DNA from: Chloroflexota bacterium
GTDB lineage: Bacteria > Chloroflexota > Anaerolineae > Anaerolineales > Villigracilaceae
Reading direction: 5' to 3'
NCBI GenBank assembly: GCA_021824575.1
Contig: JAKAKJ010000082.1
Span: 50,211 to 114,210 of the forward strand
DNA length: 64,000 nt
The position numbers were made by a program, and so were the translations under genes. Positions 27,078-37,315 of this stretch are shown in pieces. Positions within the stretch are counted from its first letter, which is position 1. Every line of letters starts with the position of its first letter. A model generated the notes under the pieces. It did not search any database. It saw only the letters and a list, made by a program, of their open reading frames with translations, and had not been told where the DNA came from.

Positions 27078-28088
27078 ATGAATTTTGGCGAAGTCGTAAG
27101 CAAAGCGTGGAAGATTACCTGGAAGTTCAAGGTGTTGTGGATTTTTGGAATGCTTGCCAGTTGCGGAACGCGCAGCGGCGGAAACTTTAATTTCAATAGC
27201 ACGTATCGAACCGGCGAAAATAATTTTTCTGGCTCAGCGCCCAATTTGCCTCCAGGAGTCTTGAATTGGTTCAATCAATTTGTGCGATCATTCGACAATC
27301 CGCAATTCGTCTGGGGATTCGTTGCGGCGATCATTGCCGTTGTTTGCGTGATCGTCATTGTGGAGCTTGTTGTAGGAGCACTCGGCCGCGTTGGTTTGAT
27401 CAAAGGCATCTGGGAAGCCGATGAAGGCGCGGAGAAGTTAAACTTTGGCGGTTTGTGGAGCCGAAGTATGCCATTCTTCTGGCGTGTATTTTGGCTTTCG
27501 ATTTTGGTTGGCTTGCCATTTTTCATCATCGCGCTCATCATCGCAGCTGGTTTTGTTCTGGCACTGATTCCCGTCATAGACAATAACTCAGCAGGCGCGG
27601 GATTGGCGTTCCTAACATTACTTCCCGTTATATGTGTGCTGGCCTGTGTTATTTTCATCCTTGCGATCCTGGTTGGATTCATCGTCCAGATGGCGGAGAA
27701 TGCGATTGTGATCGAAAATCAAACCATCCTCGGCGGCTTCCAACGCGGCTGGGATGTGCTGGTCAAGAATCTTGGCCCAATTTTGATTATCTGGCTGATC
27801 ACGGCGGTAATAGGGTTTGTGGCCGCCATCTTAATTGCTTTGCCACTTTTGATCGTTCTTGTTCCACTTGTATTCGCATTCATCGCAAATGCAAACAGCG
27901 TAAATTTCTCCCTCACACCCTGGCTCATTGCCTTCGTGTGCATTATTTGCGCTTACATTCCAATCTCCTGGATTGCCAATGGCATTCTGATGACATACAT
28001 TCAATCTGTTTGGACTTTGACTTATCTGCGTCTTACAAAACCTAAGGAAGAATCACAAATACCGATTGCTTTGCCCACAAATGCGTAA
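27078..28088 (+). CDS. Hypothetical polytopic membrane protein (GDPD-membrane-domain-like N-terminus)
   Basis: 336 aa with ~6 TM segments. N-terminal motif FGEVVSKAWKITWKFKVLWIFG. Translationally coupled to the next gene. Confidence 0.6.
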   Translation: MNFGEVVSKAWKITWKFKVLWIFGMLASCGTRSGGNFNFNSTYRTGENNFSGSAPNLPPGVLNWFNQFVRSFDNPQFVWGFVAAIIAVVCVIVIVELVVGALGRVGLIKGIWEADEGAEKLNFGGLWSRSMPFFWRVFWLSILVGLPFFIIALIIAAGFVLALIPVIDNNSAGAGLAFLTLLPVICVLACVIFILAILVGFIVQMAENAIVIENQTILGGFQRGWDVLVKNLGPILIIWLITAVIGFVAAILIALPLLIVLVPLVFAFIANANSVNFSLTPWLIAFVCIICAYIPISWIANGILMTYIQSVWTLTYLRLTKPKEESQIPIALPTNA

Positions 28089-29994
28089 ATTTCTTATTGT
28101 CGTCATCAGCCTGATCCTGCTCTTCGGATGGGGCCTGCCGGTTCGCGCCCAGACTCAGGCTGAAGTGGATCTTTATCCGGCGGATGCGTCTGCCTTTCCG
28201 ACTGTGTCCGCGTTCATGGATGTGTTCGACGCGTCGGGCCGGTTCGTTAGCGGACTCAAAGCGCCGGATGTGACCGTCATCGAAGACGGCAGCCCGCTTC
28301 CCGTCGCGGAACTGACCGAGCAGGCCGTCCCCGCGCAAATCGTCGTGGCAATCAATCCCGGACCGGCGCTGGCTGCGCGGGATACCCAGGGTATAGCGCG
28401 CTTTCAACGCGTGGTCAACGCGCTGGACGCGTGGGCGCAGGCGCTTTCGACGCAGCAGCCCGATGACTTGAGTCTGGTCACGATTGCCGGGCCGATCATC
28501 GCACATGCCAGCGCAAAAGATTGGCGCGTGAGCCTGGATTCGTTTCAACCTGATTTCCGTTCTACGACGCCCAATTTACAATCGCTTTCCATCGCCCTCG
28601 ATACGATCACAAGCCAGCCGCCGCGTGTTGGCATGAAGCGGGCTATTCTCTTCATCACACCGCACATGGATGACCCCAACATTGACACGCTGGTCCAGCC
28701 GCTGATCCAGCGCGCCACGCAAAATCACGTGCGCGTCTTCGTCTGGTTTGTGGATGCGGACATGTACGCGGCCACCACCAGCGCAGCGGCGTTCAATACG
28801 CTGGCCATGCAAACCGGCGGCGGATTCTTCGCGGCTTCTGGAAGCGCTCCGCAATACCCAAACCCTGATTCGTATTTTGCTCCATTGCGCCGCGTGTATT
28901 TGCTCAAATACAATTCGGTGGTGGCAACCGGTGGTTCGCACACAATGAGCGTGCAAATCAAAACGTCGGCTGGCGAAATCAAATCCGGCGACCAGCCTTT
29001 TTCGGTTGATCTCCAGCCGCCGAATCCGATCTTCGTTTCGCCGCAGCTTCAAATTGTCCGCGCACCGCCGCAGAATGATCCGTACAACACAAAAGTTTTG
29101 CTGCCCACATCAACCCAAATTAACATCATCATCGAATTTCCTGACGGGCATAAACGTTCGCTGGCAAGCACGACATTTTTTGTGGACGGGCAAGCTGTTG
29201 CTGTAAACAAAAGCGCGCCATTCGATAAATTCACATGGGACTTGAGTCAATATCAGGTCAGCGGCGATCATAAGATTGCGGTCGAAGCGGTTGATTCGCT
29301 TGGGTTGAGCAAGACCAGCATCGAAATCCCGGTGACGGTCACAGTCGTGCAGGCGCCGCATGGCCTGACCGCAGTGTTTTCCCGCTATCGCCAATACATC
29401 GTTGTAAGTTCCATTTTCCTTGCCGGCGTTGTTCTTCTTCTCATCATTTTCATGGGGCGCCTGCGGTTGCTGTTCTCGCATGCGCGCGCCGCGCAGCAAG
29501 CGCAGGCGGACCCGGTCACGCAGCCAGTCGTGGCGATTGTCGAAGCACCGTCCATCGAAAAGGGTCAGAAGACCAGACGCGGACGAGCCGCGCGCGGACG
29601 CAAGGATGCGCCCGCTTATCTCCACCGCCTCATCCCGGACCTTTCAGCGGGCTCCGCCCAAGCGTTCAAGCCCGCCGGCGATGCGCCGATCCCGTTAAAC
29701 GAAAAAGATATCACGTTCGGGACCGACCCGGTTCAATCCGCTATTGTGTTGAGCGATCCGTCCGTGGCAGCGCTTCACGCGCGCGTTACGCACACGGACG
29801 ACGTCAACTTTCTTGTTATGGACGCCGGTACGATCGCAGGAACGTGGGTCAATTTCGAACCGGTGGGAAAAGAGGGTCATCTGCTCCGGCATGGAGACGT
29901 GGTACACTTCGGAAAATTGATTTTCCGCTTTGAGTTGAAGAATGCTCCGCCTGCGGCGGAACCCAAAATCATCAAAGAGAAATCTCGATCATGA
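28081..29994 (+). CDS. Single-pass membrane protein: extracytoplasmic vWA-like + Ig-like region, TM helix, cytoplasmic FHA domain
   Basis: Signal peptide MRKFLIVVISLILLFGWGLPVRA-Q. TM helix YIVVSSIFLAGVVLLLIIFMG. C-terminal FHA (ITFGTDPVQSAIVLSDPSVAALHARV...GTWVN...L.HGDVVHFG). I did not see a vWA MIDAS DxSxS motif. Confidence 0.75.
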   Translation: MRKFLIVVISLILLFGWGLPVRAQTQAEVDLYPADASAFPTVSAFMDVFDASGRFVSGLKAPDVTVIEDGSPLPVAELTEQAVPAQIVVAINPGPALAARDTQGIARFQRVVNALDAWAQALSTQQPDDLSLVTIAGPIIAHASAKDWRVSLDSFQPDFRSTTPNLQSLSIALDTITSQPPRVGMKRAILFITPHMDDPNIDTLVQPLIQRATQNHVRVFVWFVDADMYAATTSAAAFNTLAMQTGGGFFAASGSAPQYPNPDSYFAPLRRVYLLKYNSVVATGGSHTMSVQIKTSAGEIKSGDQPFSVDLQPPNPIFVSPQLQIVRAPPQNDPYNTKVLLPTSTQINIIIEFPDGHKRSLASTTFFVDGQAVAVNKSAPFDKFTWDLSQYQVSGDHKIAVEAVDSLGLSKTSIEIPVTVTVVQAPHGLTAVFSRYRQYIVVSSIFLAGVVLLLIIFMGRLRLLFSHARAAQQAQADPVTQPVVAIVEAPSIEKGQKTRRGRAARGRKDAPAYLHRLIPDLSAGSAQAFKPAGDAPIPLNEKDITFGTDPVQSAIVLSDPSVAALHARVTHTDDVNFLVMDAGTIAGTWVNFEPVGKEGHLLRHGDVVHFGKLIFRFELKNAPPAAEPKIIKEKSRS

Positions 29995-30857
29995 ATCGAT
30001 CCCAGCACACCCATCTTAACGTCGCGGCCCTGAGCCACGCGGGCATGTCTGGCAAAAATAATGAAGACCGTTACGCGGTCGCTTCCTACACCAATGAAGA
30101 AAACAAACCGGTAATCTTCGCAGTGGTATCTGACGGGATCGGGGGACACCGCGCCGGCGAGGTCGCGGCTGAACTGGCAGTGAATTACATCGTCGAAAAA
30201 GTTTCGGAAAGCAATGGCAAAAATCCCTCGGAAATCATGGAGGCCGCAATCCACTATGCCAGCCAGGCAATCGCCTCGCGTTCGGCCAGCAAAACCGAAC
30301 AATACGGCATGGGCGCGACGTGCGCGTGCGTGTGGATTGACGGAGATCGGCTCTACACCGCGTACGTGGGCGACTCGCGCACTTATCTGGTGCGCGATGG
30401 AAAAATTCAACGCCTGACAGTTGACCACACGTGGATTCAGGAAGCCATCGAGAAAAAAATCATCACGCCCGATCAGGCGCGTGACCATCCAAATGCACAT
30501 GTCATTCGCCGGCACTTGGGTTCTGTGGAATTGCCGAAAGTGGATTTCCGTCTGCGATTGAGCAATGAGGACAGCAGCGAACAGGCTGTCAATAATCAGG
30601 GTACCCGCTTGAAAGCCAACGATGTTTTGTTGTTGTGCAGCGATGGCCTGACCGATCTGGTTTGGGATGATGAAATTCAGCATGTGATCATAACGCGGAG
30701 TTTGTTGAAGTCCGCGGCTGAGGATCTTGTCGCACAAGCCAATGAGCGCGGCGGCCACGATAATATTACGGTAATTCTGATCGGCGTGCCAAAAGAAGGT
30801 TTCGCAGAACCGCCCAAAAAGAAAAAAGGATTGCTGGACAGCATTTTTGGAGAATAA
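29991..30857 (+). CDS. PP2C-family Ser/Thr protein phosphatase
   Basis: NEDRY, VSDGIGGH, GATC, VGDSRTYL, LLCSDGLTD and GGHDNITVILI. ATGA overlap with the upstream gene. Confidence 0.9.
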   Translation: MNRSQHTHLNVAALSHAGMSGKNNEDRYAVASYTNEENKPVIFAVVSDGIGGHRAGEVAAELAVNYIVEKVSESNGKNPSEIMEAAIHYASQAIASRSASKTEQYGMGATCACVWIDGDRLYTAYVGDSRTYLVRDGKIQRLTVDHTWIQEAIEKKIITPDQARDHPNAHVIRRHLGSVELPKVDFRLRLSNEDSSEQAVNNQGTRLKANDVLLLCSDGLTDLVWDDEIQHVIITRSLLKSAAEDLVAQANERGGHDNITVILIGVPKEGFAEPPKKKKGLLDSIFGE

Positions 30858-30860
30858 AAA

Positions 30861-30896
30861 GGAGTCCGAAGTCGCATGACTTCGGACTCCTTATAT
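30861..30896 (+). terminator. Intrinsic terminator after the PP2C gene
   Basis: A 13-bp stem GGAGTCCGAAGTC pairs with GACTTCGGACTCC around a GCAT loop, followed by TTATAT. Confidence 0.65.
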
Positions 30897-30910
30897 GGCA
30901 GAAAAGAATC

Positions 30911-30940
30911 AATCGCTGGCTTGCCAGCGATTCTTTTTTT
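30911..30940. terminator. Second hairpin/T-run between convergent PP2C and plsY genes
   Basis: AATCGCTGG (30911-30919) pairs with CCAGCGATT (30924-30932), followed by CTTTTTTT. Confidence 0.55.
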
Positions 30941-30954
30941 ATTTGTAACCGTTC

Positions 30955-31563
30955 CTATTGGTGCTTTTCGCGGTCAAGCCAAAGTTCGCCGCGATACTGG
31001 CGATTCCAGTCAATCAGAAATCGTAAGGCAATGATGATACCAGCCGCGACTGCAATCCAGAATCCAATTCCGCGCAAACCAAATAGCCACAGCGCAGGCG
31101 CCGTAACAATTCCAGTAAAAACACTGGCACGCGCCGGATGGCGAAGAATCAAGACAAGCACGATCAAAACCGCGGCCGCGATCAAAAATGAAAGCGGACT
31201 TATCACGAGGAGACTTCCGCCAGCGCAGGCCAATCCCATGCCGCCGCGGAATTGCGCGAAGACCGGCCAGCAATGACCGATCACAACACACGCTGTCGTC
31301 AGCGGGATGATCCAAATTGCAGGCGCGTATCTCAAGGCCAGCCAGGTTGGGAGAAAACCTTTTGCCAGGTCGAGGATCAGGACCAGCGCACCGGGGCCAA
31401 ATCCGGCTTGGCGAATCGTGTTGGTTGTCGTCGCGTGTCCCGAACCGGAGTCGCGCACATCCACGCCCTTGAAAAGCCGCGTAATCCAAATCGAAAAAGG
31501 AAGCGAGCCGCTTAAATATCCAAGCGATGAAAATCCGAGGGCGGAGAAAATGGTCATAGTCAT
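30955..31563 (-). CDS. plsY: Glycerol-3-phosphate acyltransferase PlsY family
   Basis: GYLSGSLPFSIWITRLFKGVDVRDSGSGHATTTN...LDLAKGFLP. The start was chosen at ATG 31563 (MTMTIF); the longer ORF-track start was rejected. Confidence 0.75.
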   Translation of the reverse strand: MTMTIFSALGFSSLGYLSGSLPFSIWITRLFKGVDVRDSGSGHATTTNTIRQAGFGPGALVLILDLAKGFLPTWLALRYAPAIWIIPLTTACVVIGHCWPVFAQFRGGMGLACAGGSLLVISPLSFLIAAAVLIVLVLILRHPARASVFTGIVTAPALWLFGLRGIGFWIAVAAGIIIALRFLIDWNRQYRGELWLDREKHQ

Positions 31564-31836
31564 GGATCGAAAAATCACGTTTGCGAAAATGAAATTTATT
31601 TTTAATAAAACGAGGTTGATGATAAGCCCGGTTCGTAGGTTTGTCACGGCTAAATCAGGAGAGGAAAACGAAAAAAGCCCGCGTGTCCTTTCTAAATTGT
31701 TAGATTACAGATATGTGGATGTGCTTGGAGCTTCCTACTTTTATACTGCTGAGCCGATCAGCGGAAGACCTTTCTGCAACAATCCGTTACATAGGTTCCG
31801 CCTCTGATCGATCCTTTATTTTTAGCAGGAGAAAGT

Positions 31837-33828
31837 ATGAAAAGAACAGTTTATCGGATAGCGAGTTTCTTAACGTCAATTGCTTTGCTGTTTGGAAGTT
31901 ACATCCTTATTGGCGCTTCGTCTGCATCTGCAAGCCCCAACTCTTATTACGTTTCGCCAACCGGGAATGACACCAATCCGGGCACATTGACATCGCCATT
32001 CCAAACCATTACGAAAGCCATCAATACCGCTGTGGCCGGGGATACCATTTATGTTCTCACGGGAACATATCCGGGTTTTGAAATTGACAAGAGTGGCATA
32101 ACTCTGACCGGATACAATAATGAGATGCCTCTTATCAGTGGAGGCACTGGAATAAAAATTGTTGGCGCGTCCAATGTTTCGATCAAGGGGTTTGAAGTTG
32201 TGGGGGCAACCGGCAATTGGACGGGTGCAATCTATTCCACAGGCGGTAGTTATAACCTTATTGAGGGCAACAAGGTTCACGACAATATCGAAAACGGCAT
32301 GACCGGAATTTTGATCGAGAGCGGTTCCTACAATAAAGTCCTTTACAATGATGTTTATAACAACAATTTTGTCGGAATCCGAATCTATGGAACATCCACG
32401 GATGTGATGCCCGGAAACGAAATTGGCTTTAATGTCAGCCACGATAATGTTTTATCGGGCGGCAACTCGGATGGGATTGATATTGACGCTCCCATCTCGA
32501 CAGGCGCATATATCCACGACAATGTTGTCTATGGAAATGCCGATGACGGGATAGATACCTGGAACAGCTCGAATAATCTTATCGTTAGAAACGTAGCCTA
32601 CGATCAAAACGGCGTGGGCGATGGCAATGGCTTTAAGATGGGAGGCTGGACAGGATCGGTTGGCGGTGGAAACAACACCGTCATTGGAAACGTTTCCTAC
32701 AACAACAAAACCGCCGGGTTTACAACCAATGGCGGCTATGGCAGCAAATACTACAATAACGTTGCCTACAATAACGGTTCCTACGGTTTTGATGATGGCT
32801 GGCGGGATTTCTCATGTTCTGTGAGTACCTGTCCCAGCGTATATATAAACAATATCGGCTACGATAATGTCAAAGGAAATTTCTCCGCTTATATCTATAC
32901 TGCCGTCTCTCACAACAACATTTGGTATTCGGATGATGGTTCGGCCAATGTGCTATATAACTATATCAATTACACATCCCTGTCTTCGTTTTTCGCAGCA
33001 AAAGGACTGGACGATCCTGACGGCGGCGATTTGGCTTCCATACAGGCCAATCCGCAATTTGCAAATCCAGCTACAGGATCATTTACTTTGCAGTCTTTGT
33101 CCCCGGCGATTGATGCCGGTGACCCGTCCAATCCCGGACAGATCACAGCTGTCAATCGCGTTGACATAGGTGCATTCGAGTTTCAGGGCACTTCCCCAAC
33201 AGCCAGTCCAACCGCATCTCCCACACCATTGTTACCCACTTTTACACCAACAGCGATCCTGCCCACAGCTACTCAGACAGCTTCTCCTGTTCCGCCGTCA
33301 CCAACTTATACCCCTACATCTCAACCGACTTTGACATCTACAGCAGTGCCGACACAAACCTCGCCTACATCAACGCCCACTGCCGCGCCGACACAAATCC
33401 CACCCACGTCAACGCCCGCATCCATTCCGGAGACTCCAACTGCACAACCAACCGTTCAAGTGCTCGCACAAGTCACTTATGATGACCTGAACAGTGCGTT
33501 TGTCTACTCCTCAGGCTGGAATGATGTATCCAACAGCAAAGCATACGATGGATCATATAAGCAAACCAGCACTCGGAATGCGTCGGTAACTCTGCAATTT
33601 ACGGGTCAATCAGTCGGCATTCTATATACAGGCGGTTCAGGTTTTAGCCGCATGGACGTTTATCTGGACGGTGTGCTGGTCGGTTCGATCAATGAAAAAT
33701 CATCGAAGCTCGTTTATCAAAAGCGTTGGAGCTATTCGAGTCAAAGTGCGGGGGCGCACATACTGAAACTCGTTTTCATGGGTTCGCATTCAACAAAGGG
33801 TACTTTGGACGCGGTGATCATCCAATAG
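31837..33828 (+). CDS. Secreted right-handed parallel beta-helix protein with PT-rich linker and C-terminal beta-sandwich (CBM-like) domain
   Basis: Signal peptide. DUF1565/pectate-lyase-like start (YYVSPTGNDTNPGTLTSPFQTITKA...GDTIYVLTGTY). Repeated N/G-rich beta-helix turns. An ~85-aa P/T/S linker (~33190-33445). Confidence 0.75.
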   Translation: MKRTVYRIASFLTSIALLFGSYILIGASSASASPNSYYVSPTGNDTNPGTLTSPFQTITKAINTAVAGDTIYVLTGTYPGFEIDKSGITLTGYNNEMPLISGGTGIKIVGASNVSIKGFEVVGATGNWTGAIYSTGGSYNLIEGNKVHDNIENGMTGILIESGSYNKVLYNDVYNNNFVGIRIYGTSTDVMPGNEIGFNVSHDNVLSGGNSDGIDIDAPISTGAYIHDNVVYGNADDGIDTWNSSNNLIVRNVAYDQNGVGDGNGFKMGGWTGSVGGGNNTVIGNVSYNNKTAGFTTNGGYGSKYYNNVAYNNGSYGFDDGWRDFSCSVSTCPSVYINNIGYDNVKGNFSAYIYTAVSHNNIWYSDDGSANVLYNYINYTSLSSFFAAKGLDDPDGGDLASIQANPQFANPATGSFTLQSLSPAIDAGDPSNPGQITAVNRVDIGAFEFQGTSPTASPTASPTPLLPTFTPTAILPTATQTASPVPPSPTYTPTSQPTLTSTAVPTQTSPTSTPTAAPTQIPPTSTPASIPETPTAQPTVQVLAQVTYDDLNSAFVYSSGWNDVSNSKAYDGSYKQTSTRNASVTLQFTGQSVGILYTGGSGFSRMDVYLDGVLVGSINEKSSKLVYQKRWSYSSQSAGAHILKLVFMGSHSTKGTLDAVIIQ

Positions 33829-33854
33829 CCAGGAAACTTTCGTGATCGTAATAG

Positions 33855-33890
33855 AAGCAGCGTAGATTTCAATACGCTGCTTTTATATTT
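33855..33890. terminator. Bidirectional terminator between convergent genes
   Basis: AAGCAGCGTA (33855-33864) pairs with TACGCTGCTT (33873-33882), followed by TTATATTT. Confidence 0.6.
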
Positions 33891-34089
33891 ACTCTTCGTT
33901 CAAAATCTCTTTTACTCGTCCCACTGCCCCGCTCGTCAAACGCACTTTGATCCCATGCGGATGCTTCGGCGATTTTGTCAAAATGTCTTTGACAATTCCT
34001 TTCGTCAATTTGCCGGTTGGCTGATCCTGTTTCAACACGATCAAAACGGTCATGCCTGGTTTGATGTCTGCGCGAATTTGTCCGTTCAT
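33889..34089 (-). CDS. YwbE-family (DUF2196) small protein
   Basis: 66 aa. GMTVLIVLKQDQPTGKLTKGIVKDILTKSPKHPHGIKVRL..G.VGRV. Confidence 0.75.
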   Translation of the reverse strand: MNGQIRADIKPGMTVLIVLKQDQPTGKLTKGIVKDILTKSPKHPHGIKVRLTSGAVGRVKEILNEE

Positions 34090-34114
34090 TTTGACTGCTT
34101 TCCGATCATTGAAA

Positions 34115-35347
34115 TTAATCCAAAGTCCGTACGGCAGGATGCGTGAGTCCCAGCATGGTGATGCACAGCGTAATCACTCCGCCGACGATGAAGACGCTGG
34201 ATGGGCCGATCAAGTCCGTTGCCCAACCGGCGACTCCGTAACCTATCGGCGTGAACACCAATGATCCCAAATTATCAATGCTGGACACGCGTCCCAACAG
34301 ATTGGCTGGGACCAGTTCCTGAAGTGTGTTGACCCAGATCAAATTGCCAATGGACAATCCCGCGCCGCAGATGAAAGCCGCGGCTGCAACGCCGATGACC
34401 AGCGGTGAGAATCCGATTGCAGTCATAACCAGCGCACTGACCAGCCATGACCCGTAGGTGAAGATGCCTCGTCTCCGAAGGCGCAATCTGGAACCAAGCC
34501 AGACCGCGGTCAGCACCGATCCAAGGGAAATTGCCGAATACACCAATCCCAGGGAGCCAACACCGGCATGCAGGTGATCCTTGATCAGGAATGGCATAGT
34601 CACGCTGAAAGGCCCTGCCAATGTAATATTGGCAAAGGCCGCCAGCGCAATTGTGATCCACAGCCAAGGCGATGCACGGACTGTTCCGATTCCTTCGCGC
34701 ATGTCGCGCAGCACGCTCGATGATTCGCGGCGCTCGTTTTCAGCTGGCGCCATGGACAAAATGGCAGCCAGACAGCCGGCGGATATAAAAAAGGAAATTG
34801 CGTCCAGCACGAATGCCATCGAGGTCCCGCCCGCTGCGACAATTGCCGCGCCCACTGCCGGTCCTCCGATGCCCGCAATCTCATTGCTGAGAGATGTCAA
34901 CGAGTTTGCGCTTGTCAACGTTTCACGCGGGGCGATATCTGGAACGATTGCGCTATAAGCCGGGCGAAAGAAAGCTTCTGCCAGGCCAAACACAATGCTG
35001 GCCGCGTAAATGTGCCATATCTGGAGCAGATTTTGAAAAGCCAGCAGGGCGACAATGGCGACAACAAGACCGCGCAGCAAATCGGAAGCAAACATCACGC
35101 GTGGACGAGGCAGGCGATCCACCACCACGCCGCCAATCAGCAAAAATAAAAGCATCGGCACGGAGGAAAATATAAGAACGGCTCCCATTGCAACCGCAGA
35201 GCCGGTTTTCTCCAATACCCACCATGCAAGCGCGATCTGATAGAGGCTGTCTCCCATGCGGGAAATGGTTTGGCCGCTCCAGAGAAGAGCGAATGGGCGA
35301 TATGTAAGGGCGCGGAACAGTCTCATGGAATCATGGCAGTATAGCAC
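34115..35347 (-). CDS. MFS transporter
   Basis: 410 aa with ~12 TM segments. The DRLPRPRVM loop lies between TM2 and TM3. Confidence 0.8.
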   Translation of the reverse strand: MLYCHDSMRLFRALTYRPFALLWSGQTISRMGDSLYQIALAWWVLEKTGSAVAMGAVLIFSSVPMLLFLLIGGVVVDRLPRPRVMFASDLLRGLVVAIVALLAFQNLLQIWHIYAASIVFGLAEAFFRPAYSAIVPDIAPRETLTSANSLTSLSNEIAGIGGPAVGAAIVAAGGTSMAFVLDAISFFISAGCLAAILSMAPAENERRESSSVLRDMREGIGTVRASPWLWITIALAAFANITLAGPFSVTMPFLIKDHLHAGVGSLGLVYSAISLGSVLTAVWLGSRLRLRRRGIFTYGSWLVSALVMTAIGFSPLVIGVAAAAFICGAGLSIGNLIWVNTLQELVPANLLGRVSSIDNLGSLVFTPIGYGVAGWATDLIGPSSVFIVGGVITLCITMLGLTHPAVRTLD

Positions 35348-35485
35348 ATGGAAAAAGATCGGCTATGATAAGATTCGTTTCGAGATTCCAAATCTCACAC
35401 AGGGCGGGACACGTCCCGTTGTGATGAGCGGGAACTTTTTTCGTCATTGAACGTCTTGAACATGAAAAACACAAAGGAGAATCGA

Positions 35486-36214
35486 ATGAAACGAATTACT
35501 TTTATTATGACAGTGATTGCGCTTGCGGCAATTGCCCTTAGCGCCTGCGGTCCGGCAACGATTGTTGCGAATCCGCTCCCGCCTCAGCGGACACTGGTTG
35601 TGACCGGAACTGGCATGGTCCAGATGACACCCGACATTGCTTACATCAACATTGGCGTTCATACCGAAAAGCCAACCGCCGCGGAAGCCGTTGCTGAGAA
35701 CAATACCCAAACCCAGCAGGTAATCAATGCCATCAAAGCCGCGGGTGTGGATGCGAAGGATATCCAGACTACCAACTTCAGTATTTACCCGAACAATCAG
35801 TACGATCCTCAGACCAGCCAGAAGACCGGAACAACCTACGTGGTTGATAACACCGTGAATGTCACCGTCCGCAAACTGGACCAGCTTGGTGACATGCTGG
35901 ACGCGGCAGTGAACAGTGGCGCAAACAGCGTCAACAGCATCCAGTTCGATGTGCAGGATAAGTCGCAGTATCTCCAGCAGGCTCGCGCACAGGCCGTCAA
36001 GGACGCGCAGACTCAGGCACAACAGCTTGCCGGCGATGCGGGCGTGACGCTCGGCGCGATCCAGACCCTGAGCTTTGCTAACAACATACCGTCACCCGTC
36101 ATGGAGACCTTTGGCAAAGGCGGAGGCGCTGCATTGGCCGCACCATCTGTACCGATCCAGTCTGGCCAGATGACCATGACAGTGACAGTCAACATCACCT
36201 ACGAGATCAAATAA
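35486..36214 (+). CDS. SIMPL/DUF541-family periplasmic lipoprotein
   Basis: Start ATG 35486 after AAGGAG. Lipobox ALSAC. TNFSIYP...YVVDNTVNV.VR and VNSIQFDV motifs. Confidence 0.75.
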   Translation: MKRITFIMTVIALAAIALSACGPATIVANPLPPQRTLVVTGTGMVQMTPDIAYINIGVHTEKPTAAEAVAENNTQTQQVINAIKAAGVDAKDIQTTNFSIYPNNQYDPQTSQKTGTTYVVDNTVNVTVRKLDQLGDMLDAAVNSGANSVNSIQFDVQDKSQYLQQARAQAVKDAQTQAQQLAGDAGVTLGAIQTLSFANNIPSPVMETFGKGGGAALAAPSVPIQSGQMTMTVTVNITYEIK

Positions 36215-36233
36215 TCGCTCCTTTCTGGAATTC

Positions 36234-36268
36234 AACCGGCCTCCATTAACGAGGCCGGTTTTTGTTTT
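36234..36268 (+). terminator. Intrinsic terminator after the SIMPL gene
   Basis: AACCGGCCTC pairs with GAGGCCGGTT, followed by TTTGTTTT. Confidence 0.7.
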
Positions 36269-36374
36269 GACCCATCCTCATTCCTCCCCATTTTCTGTGA
36301 AGATGGGAAGGAGGCCGAAGGCCGGTGGGGACGGCAGGTTATAATCCCATCAACTTTTCCAAAGGAGTCACCTT

Positions 36375-37268
36375 ATGCTCAAGGTTGGATATATCGGCCT
36401 CGGACTGATGGGCAAGTCCATTGCCCGCAATATTCTCAAGGCAGGTTTTCCGCTAGTCGTCCACAATCGCTCGCGCGCCGCGGCGGATGAACTTGTGGCA
36501 GAGGGCGCGACGGCTGCCAGTTCGCCCGCGGTTGTTGCCGCGCAGGTGGATGTGGTCTTCACCAATCTGCCCGATACGCCGGATGTCGAGAAAGTCGCGC
36601 TCGGCGAAAAAGGAATTATCGAGGGCGCGCATAAAGGTTTGATCTTCGTTGACAATTCAACCATCAAACCTGCTTCGGCCCGCATGATTGCAAAAAAGCT
36701 CGCAGACAAAGGCACGCTGTCGCTCGACGCGCCCGTTTCCGGCGGGGACATCGGTGCGAAGAACGGCACGCTGACCGTCATGGTCGGCGGCGATGCGTCC
36801 GCCTTTGAAAGAGTCATGCCAGTATTTCAAGCCATGGGAAAAACAATCACGCTTGTTGGCGACTCCGGCGCAGGCCAGGTTGCAAAAGCCGCGAATCAAA
36901 TCATGGTTGCGGCACAGATGGTTGCAATGGGCGAACTGCTGATTTTTGCGCGCAAAGCCGGAGTCGATCCGCAAAAAGTTGTGGACGCCATCAAAGCCGG
37001 CGCGGCCCAATGCTGGACTTTGGATGTCAAACCACCGCGCTTGTTTGTCGGCAATCGCAATCCGGGATTCAAGGCATATATGCAGTTGAAAGATCTGAAG
37101 ATCATCATGGATACGGCGCGCGAATACAACATGCCGCTTTCGTCCGCAGCCGAGCACACAAAACTTTTTCAGCAAATGATTGACATGGGGTTGGGCGAGC
37201 AGGACAATTCAGCAGTGATCGGCGTGATCGAAAATTTGGCGGGTGTCAATTTGTTGGATGAATCGTAG
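36375..37268 (+). CDS. NAD(P)-dependent 3-hydroxyisobutyrate/2-hydroxy-3-oxopropionate dehydrogenase family oxidoreductase
   Basis: KVGYIGLGLMGKSIARN Rossmann motif, DAPVSGG and GAGQVAKAANQ. Confidence 0.85.
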   Translation: MLKVGYIGLGLMGKSIARNILKAGFPLVVHNRSRAAADELVAEGATAASSPAVVAAQVDVVFTNLPDTPDVEKVALGEKGIIEGAHKGLIFVDNSTIKPASARMIAKKLADKGTLSLDAPVSGGDIGAKNGTLTVMVGGDASAFERVMPVFQAMGKTITLVGDSGAGQVAKAANQIMVAAQMVAMGELLIFARKAGVDPQKVVDAIKAGAAQCWTLDVKPPRLFVGNRNPGFKAYMQLKDLKIIMDTAREYNMPLSSAAEHTKLFQQMIDMGLGEQDNSAVIGVIENLAGVNLLDES

Positions 37269-37315
37269 GGGCAGGATAATATGCTTCCAGCGCCGAGAAC
37301 GGCGGCAGAACAGAA

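Noticed and set aside
29877-30758. 293-aa minus-strand ORF
   Set aside because: It is antisense to the PP2C phosphatase gene, which has all catalytic motifs. The translation is low-complexity.
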